Shown: piece by piece, positions 12,214-20,922 of the stretch | Layout: each line of letters begins with the position of its first letter | Position numbering within the stretch: the stretch's first letter is position 1 | DNA from: Emiliania huxleyi CCMP1516 | Taxonomy: Eukaryota | Reading direction: 5' to 3' | Length of the DNA: 23,367 nucleotides | Assembly (NCBI RefSeq): GCF_000372725.1 | Contig: NW_005201192.1 | Coordinates: 1,066,758 to 1,090,124, forward strand | Notes under the pieces: generated by a model | Database searches by the model: none | What the model saw: only the letters and a program-made list of their open reading frames with translations | Told to the model about the DNA's origin: nothing | Program-made: the position numbers and the translations under genes

Positions 12214-12566
12214 GGAGTGTGTGAGCGCTCAGCGGACAGGCGCGGTGATTTATTTTCCTCACCTGGCCCTGGCGCGCTGGCCACGACCCTGCCACGTGGT
12301 TCGGTCTACGGCCACGAGCGTGTCTCTAGACTTCCTTGTGGCACGTCCACTTCGCACTTGACACTCTAAGATGCCCTCTGTAACACTATAAGAGATCTCA
12401 AACTGCTGCACACTGCATGGGAAAAATCAACAGTCACAACAGTGGTCCGTGTGCACATTTACGGCTTTATCATTTTGGGGGCAAGAACAACACTTATGCC
12501 CCGTCGCAGCGCACCGCCGACGCGCGACGGCCGGCGGAGGTACAGCAGCACAGCGTAGCGAAGCGC

Positions 12567-13792
12567 TAGCTATGCAAGGGACCGCGGCCGCGGAACCGGC
12601 GGCGGACGGGGCTGGTGCGCAAGCGCCGGCCACCGTCGTGCTGCAGGCCTGCACCGGGGGTGCGCAGCGGACCCTGGAATAGCTACGATCGCGCGCAACT
12701 GGAAGACGCGGTGATGGTCGCAAGGCTCGCAGGTGCGTCGCAGGTCAGGCTGATAAGGCCTGGCTACGCGACCATCGAGGTCGACCTGAAGCACGAGAAG
12801 GCCGCGGGCGACCGCGAGTCTGTGCAGGCGGCGGAGCGCTTGTTCATCGAGCGCACCGCGCCGCGGAAGAAGGAGGAGCTGACGGAGGAGCAGAAGGATG
12901 CTCGGGCCGCGGCTCGCAGGGCCAAAAAGGCCCGGCAGAAGGCGAACAGGGCGAAGAAGAAGGCTGCGGCGGCGGCTGCGAGCGAGGCCGAGCGTGCGGG
13001 CTACCCGTACGCGCAGCTGCGCGAGAACGCCATGTTCGTGATGGAGGGCCTGGAGGCTGCGACGCAGGCGGCGCGCATCCCCACCGGGTCCAACATTCAG
13101 GTCGCCTACGCGCTGCCTCCAGAGGGGGGCAGCGGGTTCGGCGACATGGTGTACGCCACGGTCCCTATGGGCTCCGTGGCGACGAAGGTCGCCCGGGACT
13201 GGCTCGCCAACGAGCTCTACGAGCCGTCCCGGCGAGGCAAAATTGATGCGGCCTGCAGGGACCGAAAGGTTGCCGACCTGATCACGGCTGCCGGCGCCTC
13301 GGCGCCGGCCGACGCCGTGTTCGGCGGCAGGTTCGCGACGGGCGAGACGCCCCGCCCGACGACCTCCGCCTCCGAGGCGGACGAGGGCGACGGCGGCGAT
13401 GGCGGGGCCGAGAACATGTCCTTTGACTTATTCTAGGTCCCCACCCCTGGCCTCACCCATATCTTACCTTCTGCCCCCCCCTCCTGCGACCCCCCAGGCT
13501 AGATGGAGTAGTCAGATGTAGACTTTGCCCCACACAGCCCCTTACCCCTTCACCCTCGCCTCGCTGCTTGGTGTTTCTGAACACGTAGTCGTCCACGCTG
13601 TGGGGGTTTGTGCGGGTCCTGTGTCTGGGAGGGAGGGAGTGGGGTGCAGGTTGCTCACCCACGGCACCGGGCCGGTGCTTGCACTTTGAATGCCGTGGGG
13701 CTCCTGCCCGTGTCCCGGGCGTGGAGATGCGAGGGTCGCCCCCCCTTGCCCCACCACTTTGTGTGTGTGGAGACGTTTACCTTACCTTACCT
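12567..13792 (+). mobile_element. ~1.2-kb non-autonomous non-LTR retroelement with 11-bp TSD and (CCTTA)n tail
   Basis: TAGCGAAGCGC at 12556-12566 and 13793-13803; ends TTTACCTTACCTTACCT; one ORF without RT motifs, then a ~355-nt 3' UTR whose last ~170 nt recur elsewhere in the window. Confidence 0.85.
12572..13436 (+). CDS. Element-encoded basic/coiled protein (ORF1-like), probable frameshift near the G-run at ~12656-12660
   Basis: ATG 5 nt inside the element (MQGTAAAEP...) in one frame; long coding-like frame (...RAAARRAKKARQKANRAKKK...MSFDLF) ends TAG 13434-13436; alternative start ATG at 12714. No RT or endonuclease motifs seen. Confidence 0.55.
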
Positions 13793-14158
13793 TAGCGAAG
13801 CGCGTGTTCGGCGTGTGAGACCCCAGTCGCAGTGCGCGTCGTACCGCTGCCCCGGCAGGTTGGTAGCGCACCAGCTGGAAGGGCTCGGCGGAAGTGTATC
13901 GCGCGCCTTGCGGGGGGGGCGCGGAAAAGAGGAACCTCTTAGCGCCATCGCCAGGGAGGGTGCTGCAAGCAGCGCCGGGCGACGACTCGCGCCCGTGAAT
14001 TTTCCCCGTGCGCGGAAAGCGGGCCGCCCGCGTGGCGTGTCTCTACTGGTTGCACCCAAACAGTAAATTTTGATGCACTTTCATTATCAGGACAGTAAAG
14101 TTTGGCACTTGGCCAGTCACAACTCTCAACAATTCTCGAGCCCAGTCACACCGCTGCT

Positions 14159-16003
14159 ATGCAGACACCATTCGTCTTACTGCTCTCGCAGTCGCTATCG
14201 CAGGCACCACCCGGCTTGTGCAACAGCTTCTGCGCCCAGAAGACCCAACCCTGGGATGTGCGGTGCACCTGGAACGGCTGCGGCGCCTGCACCGAGTGCC
14301 CCGTGGTGTCACAGCCACAGATCGTGCCACCACCTGCCCCTCCTCCCCCGTCTCCGCCGCCACCCCCGTTCTGCCCGGCCTTCTGCGCCAGGAAGACAGA
14401 CACCTGGGATGATCTGTGCACCTGGGACGGCTGCGGGACCTGCACCGAGTGCCTTCCGATCAGCGCACGGGTGACCGCCTAGCTTAGCCAACCGCTAGCG
14501 CGCCGAAACAAGAACAGGGGGGGGAGATGCCTGGGAGGCGGAGATGGCACACGCGCACTCGCTCGCACCGTGTGCGCAGGTCACAGTCTCGCCGTCGCCT
14601 TCACCGCCACCGCCAGCGCTGCCCTCTCCCCCCTCCCCACCTGCGGCGCCGGAGGGGTATGGCGGTGACAGAGTCGGACGACGTCTCCGAGTGCAGCTCT
14701 GCCAGGGCGACGCGGAATGAAGTTTTTCTGCTCAATAACAAGCAGCGCTGGGAGAGGGCCGACTTCAAGGAGCTGCTCGGGGATGCTTCGAACGAGACCT
14801 ATGTCGGCCCGCTGGCGAGCACCTGCGCGGCCGCAGCTCCCTCCTGCAGGTCGCGATTGAGCGAGATTGCGGCCCTGCCTGCTCCTAGCAGCAACCCGTT
14901 CCGAGATTACGACTGGTGTCTCAAGAGAGCCGCCTGCCCAGCACCAATCGGCGCCGACTGCGTCGCACGAGAGTGCGCGGCTCTTGTGCAGAAGTGTGAG
15001 TCGGCCGGCTCCGCAACGTCTCTCCCGATTGGAATCGTCACGGTCGACGCGCACGTGCACAGCGACCACCCGGGCGTCCAACGATGGAAGATGTACGCAT
15101 CGGTGCACAACTACACGTACATTAGCAAGTGGCCTGAGGTGCCTCCGGACGCAAATGAGTGCGCGAATCGAATCATGCTCCAAGATTGGTCGTCGTCGCT
15201 CATCATGCTGGACATCATTCGAGACCCGCAGTATGCGCACGTCGCCTACTTCATGTACGTCGAGCTCGACCAGTGGATGGTGCGATCGAGCACGACCTTC
15301 CGCCCATCCGCCCCGCGACCCATGCCTGCAAGTGCACTTAGCTCACGAGGCTCTGTCCATCTGCCAGGTACGCCCGATGGCGCGGCTCGAGCCCCTGTTT
15401 GAGATCGCCCACCTGACGAGCGACTTGGACTCCGCGCCAGTGATGGCGGTCGTCGACGAGTACCCCTGCCGCGATGTCCGCGGTGGCGGGCTGTACAACG
15501 CCGGCACATACTTCGTGCGGCGACACCCCGTGGTCTCCAGCATTCTTTCTGCCTGGCACCAGTCCGAGTTCTACGGGGGTGCTGGGAGCCCAGACTGGCC
15601 TGCAAGGCAGGGTGCCTTTTCGCACGACCCACAAGTGTACGCCGCGCACAGCCGCCGCATCACGGCGTTCCCGGCGGGCTGCGTCGCCGGATCGCCGTTT
15701 GCACCTCTGATTGGCCATGCTCTCGGGGGCACCATCAACGGGGTCTTTGATCCAAACGTTGCCCGTGTGGAGGTGAAGCGGGAGGTGCACCAGTGCGTGA
15801 TGGGCTCGTTGCTAGACAGGCAGGCGAGAACCTGCGTACTCAAGCAGAAGATCGACGGGGCTACTGCTCGGTGCACATTGAACCGCCACGGCCGCGGCGT
15901 CGACCGTCCGAGCGTCGTGGGTGTTGGACTGTTGCAGGGGAGCGGGAGGCCTAGCTTGTGGCACTTGACACTTTTAAACACGTTACTAGAGCCGTACACG
16001 TAG
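14159..16003 (+). CDS. Secretory-pathway protein: two Cys/Trp-rich repeats, Pro-rich linker, GT34-like (GMA12/MNN10) glycosyltransferase domain
   Basis: Signal-like MQTPFVLLLSQ; CxxFCAxKTxxWDxxCTWxGCGxCTEC twice; introns 14471-14579 and 15280-15367; YASVHNY, FMYVELD (DxD-equivalent), LYNAGTYFVR, QGAF, LIGHALG resemble GT34. A 1-nt frameshift near 14654-14657 is needed to join the parts. Confidence 0.6.
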
Positions 16004-16016
16004 AGCCGTACACGCC

Positions 16017-16068
16017 AGCTGCTCCTGCCCGTGTCCCGGGCGTGGAGATGCGAGGGTCGCCCCCCCTT
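16017..16068 (+). mobile_element. Internal fragment of the retroposon 3' tail between convergent genes
   Basis: GCTCCTGCCCGTGTCCCGGGCGTGGAGATGCGAGGGTCGCCCCCCCTT matches ~13700-13747; preceded by tandem TAGAGCCGTACACG x2. Confidence 0.85.
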
Positions 16069-16077
16069 GGCTGATTC

Positions 16078-18354
16078 TCACGCGTTGTCCGACACCCACG
16101 GCGCGCTGCGCAGCTCTCTGTAGAGGTCGTGCGCCGCGAGGGAGAGGGCGCCGTCCGAGTTGAGGTCGCTCACCTGAGGGGTTAGCAAGCAAGGTGAGGC
16201 GCGAGCTCCTCCACACACGCTTTTGTGGGGGCTCACAGGCTGAGCCGCCCTCGCTCACCTCGACGCCGTGGTTCTGGTTGCCTCCAATCTTGAAGGAGAG
16301 CTCGGAGTCTTCCCGCGGCGTCTGCAGCGGCAGCACCGCCAGCTGCGGCGACTCGTACTTTGTGGTGAGCGACGCGTAGAGGTAGACGGACGGCGCTTGC
16401 GCGAGCGCAAACGGCAGCTTGACCTGACGGGCACACAAGGCAGGGACGGGAAGTCTGGCTCGAAAGTCTGGCGGCGCCACACGCGCCACACGCGGGCGTG
16501 CAAGGCTACCCCCGCGTGCGCTGTGCTGCTGCTTCACCTTCCAGTAGTAAAACTCGTCGCGCACGTAGAGGCGCTCCTCGTCCTCCGTGCCGAGCAGGAA
16601 GGGCCCCGCCGGCACACGAGGCGGTAACGCGAAGTACCCCCTCAGGTCGCCTAGATCAGAAACACACCCGGAGATGCGCGTCTGTTTCTGGGCCCCCCGC
16701 ACACCACACCCGCGAAGGTGGTCGCCGATCGTGGTGAGCGAGGTCGTGTGCGGCATGCCCGAGATCTTGACCGAGCGCTGCCAGCTGGTGGCGGGCAGCG
16801 GCACGCGCGGCGAGCGCGGCTGGCCAACCTCCGCCTTCTCCATGTGGAAGTTCTGCTCCACCTTGACCTCGCAGTGCGCCGCGTACCGTCCGACGCAGTT
16901 GGCGGCGGTGGCGGCGAGCTGCGCGCGCTCGGTGCCCTTGACGGAGAGAGTGAGGTCCGTGCTGCCCGTGCCCGGCGCCGAGCCGAGGTTGGCGCTCATG
17001 TAGCGCGCGCCCTTGAGGGTTAGGCGCGTGGTCAGCTTCACCTTGGAGCGGCCCTGGTTGACGACGAGGTCCTCCGCCGTGTCGAGCTCCGTCTGGCGAA
17101 AGAGCTCGAAGGTGGCGTGGGCGAGTGTGACTGACGAGACCGACGCCGAGGCCTGCATCGCCCTCGCAACCATCGCGATGGCGGCGGTCTCGTTGACGAA
17201 GTACGACGGCATCACCCCCATCTCAAACTCCTTGGAGAAGGGCGTGTCGGCCGTGTGCACCTAAGGTCAGCTCACGGAAACTTCTCCACGCGTGCACAAG
17301 GGGGCGGGGCAAGGGGGGGCAGGCAGTCCTCGCGACTCCACGTCTAAGCGACGGGAGCCGGCCCGGCACTCAAAGTGCGAGGGGCCCGGTGCGCGTGGGT
17401 GAGCGGTGTGAGCGGTGTGAGCGGTCTGTGCGCACCTCCTCGCCCGGCCACTTGAAGGTATACATCCGGAGGAGGTAGGTTCCGACTGCGCCGCAGAGGA
17501 CGATGACGAGTAGAACGGGGCCGACTGGGTCGTCGTAGCCCAGCGGGTCCTTGCGCTTGATCTTCTTGAGGCGGAGGAGGAAGGTGAGGAGGCCGTACAG
17601 CATCAGCAGCAGCGCCGAGCACCTATCCACTTATGGATGATGAGTCACGAATGCACTCTCAGCGGCACAGCAGCAGCAGCGCCGAGCGCATGATCATCAG
17701 GCCGCCGCCGTCCTGCTCCGCGCCCGCCACGTCCTGTTCACAGCTGGAGGTGTGAAGAGACGCTGTTCACGGTGTGGCCGTCCATGTCCTCCATGTCGTC
17801 CTCAAGCTCGGTGATTGCGATGCCGACCGACAGGAGCAACATGCCCGCGCTCAGCCACGACGTGAAGGTGCGCTCGTTCGCGAAGAACGTCTTGGGCTCC
17901 ATGCGGGCGGCGGGGCTCCGTGCGACGCGCTTGCCCGCCGTCGGGTCGCCGTCCACCATCCGGCTCCACGCGGTCTGCGTCCCCCCGGCGGAGGCGGAGC
18001 CGAGGTGGCTGAAGGAGGGGAGCGCGAAGCTCCACGAGCCGTCGAAGCTCCACGAGCGCGTGCGCCGCGGGCCTGACGGCACCGTCACCGTCTCTGACGG
18101 CGCCGACTCTGGCGGCACCGCCTGCTTGGCGGCAACGCCGCCGCCCGCCGTGACGGAGCGCGCGTTGAGCGGCGACGAGCCCGCCTTCGCCGCCGGCGCC
18201 ACCGTCTTCATCCACTCGGCAGCACGTACTCGCTCACCGAAAGATAAGCGTTGCGCTGAGTCGAGGTGGCCACCTAGGCATCGACGATGGGGCTGGGCTG
18301 CGGGCGAGGAGGAGGGTGCTGACGAGGGCGCGGAGCTATAGGCGAGGAGGAGGG
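16078..18354 (-). CDS. VTC-family DUF202 protein with C-terminal CYTH-like domain (paralog 2); 5' part runs into the gap
   Basis: MEPKTFFANERTFTSW...KKIKRKDPLGYDDPVGP. Predicted introns 17734-17788 (or -17770), 17623-17689, 17261-17435, 16651-16725, 16424-16537, 16174-16258; TGA at 16078-16080. Collinear with paralog 1 through ...LY.ELRSAPW. Confidence 0.82.
17261..17435 (-). mobile_element. Intron formed by the retroposon 3'-tail family (subfamily B), GT-AG
   Basis: GAG|GTGCGCACAG...CGCTCACCCACGCGCACCGGGCC..GCACTTTGAGTGCC...CGTGGAGAAG...CTGACCTTAG|GTGCACACGG; splicing gives WPGEE|VHTADTPF, matching intron-free WDTEGMLTADTPF in paralog 1. Confidence 0.88.
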
Positions 18355-19199
18355 NNNNNNNNNNNNNNNNNNNNNNNNNNNNNNNNNNNNNNNNNNNNNN
18401 NNNNNNNNNNNNNNNNNNNNNNNNNNNNNNNNNNNNNNNNNNNNNNNNNNNNNNNNNNNNNNNNNNNNNNNNNNNNNNNNNNNNNNNNNNNNNNNNNNNN
18501 NNNNNNNNNNNNNNNNNNNNNNNNNNNNNNNNNNNNNNNNNNNNNNNNNNNNNNNNNNNNNNNNNNNNNNNNNNNNNNNNNNNNNNNNNNNNNNNNNNNN
18601 NNNNNNNNNNNNNNNNNNNNNNNNNNNNNNNNNNNNNNNNNNNNNNNNNNNNNNNNNNNNNNNNNNNNNNNNNNNNNNNNNNNNNNNNNNNNNNNNNNNN
18701 NNNNNNNNNNNNNNNNNNNNNNNNNNNNNNNNNNNNNNNNNNNNNNNNNNNNNNNNNNNNNNNNNNNNNNNNNNNNNNNNNNNNNNNNNNNNNNNNNNNN
18801 NNNNNNNNNNNNNNNNNNNNNNNNNNNNNNNNNNNNNNNNNNNNNNNNNNNNNNNNNNNNNNNNNNNNNNNNNNNNNNNNNNNNNNNNNNNNNNNNNNNN
18901 NNNNNNNNNNNNNNNNNNNNNNNNNNNNNNNNNNNNNNNNNNNNNNNNNNNNNNNNNNNNNNNNNNNNNNNNNNNNNNNNNNNNNNNNNNNNNNNNNNNN
19001 NNNNNNNNNNNNNNNNNNNNNNNNNNNNNNNNNNNNNNNNNNNNNNNNNNNNNNNNNNNNNNNNNNNNNNNNNNNNNNNNNNNNNNNNNNNNNNNNNNNN
19101 NNNNNNNNNNNNNNNNNNNNNNNNNNNNNNNNNNNNNNNNNNNNNNNNNNNNNNNNNNNNNNNNNNNNNNNNNNNNNNNNNNNNNNNNNNNNNNNNNNN
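18355..19199. other. Assembly gap (845 N)
   Basis: Run of N. Confidence 1.
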
Positions 19200-19621
19200 G
19201 TGTGCGGCACGCGCGTGACCGTGAGCTCCCTCGCCATCGCGTGCGAGGTCCGCACGATCCTGACGTCGCAGTGCGCCGCGTACCTAGATACGCAACTGGT
19301 GTCCACTGTACCACCTTGAGTCATTTCAGATGTGATTTCGCGCCGTTGCGCGGGGACCGTGCAACGCAATGTCCGCCGGTGAAGGGGGGATCGGCAGAGC
19401 GGGGTGCAGCGGGGGAGTGGGGCGCGGCAAGGGCAGCCTCTGTGTCGGGCTCGGAGTCGAGCCCGCCGCAGACGGAGGACTGGCGCGAGACTTGGCGCGA
19501 GCACCTGCTCACAGCTGCAGGCGTGAAGATACGCCGTTCACACTCACAGCTCGGCGGACCCGTCGGCGCGAGCACAGCGCTGCGAAGGCTTCGGCTTGAG
19601 GCCGGGCTGGAGCAACGCACT

Positions 19622-19695
19622 CAGATCTCGGCCAGATCTCGGCCAGATCTCGGCCAGATCTCGGCCAGATCTCGGCTGGATCTCGGCTGGATCTC
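19622..19695. repeat. 11-nt CCAGATCTCGG tandem repeat (probably intronic)
   Basis: About 6-7 units. Confidence 0.9.
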
Positions 19696-19698
19696 GTC

Positions 19699-20463
19699 CT
19701 GTCCGCGGGCGCGGCTGCCGAGGCGACTGTCCGCTCCGTGCGGAAGGTACCGTCGCTGCGGCCACTGACGTCCTTGAGGAGGTTGGGCAGCTGCCTAAGG
19801 TGAGGCAAGGGAAACGTCTCCACACACACAAGGGGGGGCGACCCTCGCATCTCCACGCCCGGGACGCGGGCAGGAGCTGGCACGGCATTCAAAGTGCAAG
19901 CACCGGCCCGGTGCCGTGGGTGAGCAACCTGCAACCCACTCCCTCCCTCCCAGACTGCGGGTTGTGCGGCAGCTGCCTGCGCTGAGCCTCATCGAGCTCT
20001 GCCGCCGGCGCCCAGTCGCGGACTGCGGCGAGGGAGTAGCTCGCGCCCTCGAGAGGCTGGCTGGCCAGCGCCTCCTTGACGGCGGGCTCCTGTTCACAGG
20101 CTGCACCCGTGAAGGGACGCCGTTCACAGGCTGGCTGGCCAGCGCCTCCTCGACGGCGGGCTCCTGTTCACAGGCTGCACCCGTGAAGGGACGCCGTTCA
20201 CAGGCTGGCTGGCCAGCGCCTCCTCGACGGCGGGCACCTCGAACCAGTACGGCAGCGTCTCCACCGCGCCGGTGTGCAGCGCCGCGCACCCCGTCAGGTA
20301 CTTCGAGAACTTGGCCATCGGGAGGAGCAGCTCCGACGCGAGCAGCTCCTGTTCAGGACGCCCTCTTCACTGAGTGGGCGCTTGCTCCCTCCTCGGGGAC
20401 GTCACGCTGCCCTCTCGCGAGCGGCTCCTCCACCCACGCTGGAGCCTCGGCCTGCAGCTTGAC
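19699..20463 (-). CDS. C-terminal part of a VTC polyphosphate-polymerase (TTM) domain, Vtc2/3/4-like; probably upstream exons of the gene at 16078-18354
   Basis: Spliced exons 20463-20428, 20348-20238, 20089-19977, 19794-19699 give VKLQAEAPAWVE|ELLASELLLPMAKFSKYLTGCAALHTGAVETLPYWFE..., matching the VTC EVKLQ...P.WV.EL......KFSKF..G....LPFW motif. Confidence 0.75.
19795..19976 (-). mobile_element. Intron formed by the retroposon 3' tail (subfamily A), GC-AG, perfect 11-bp TSD
   Basis: 19797-19955 is near-identical (reverse complement) to 13623-13792 apart from one short deletion and a few substitutions; GGCAGCTGCCT at 19786-19796 and 19968-19978. Confidence 0.92.

Positions 20464-20922
<459 letters not shown>

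Noticed and set aside
13620..13795. Self-cleaving ribozyme or tRNA-derived SINE head in the tail
   Set aside because: No hammerhead core (CUGANGA/GAAA), HDV-like fold or Pol III A/B boxes recognised by eye; an Infernal search would be needed.
17738..19504. ORFs spanning the N gap
   Set aside because: Artefacts of translating N.
19622..20240. CRISPR-like arrays
   Set aside because: Tandem repeats without unique spacers, no cas genes, eukaryotic context.
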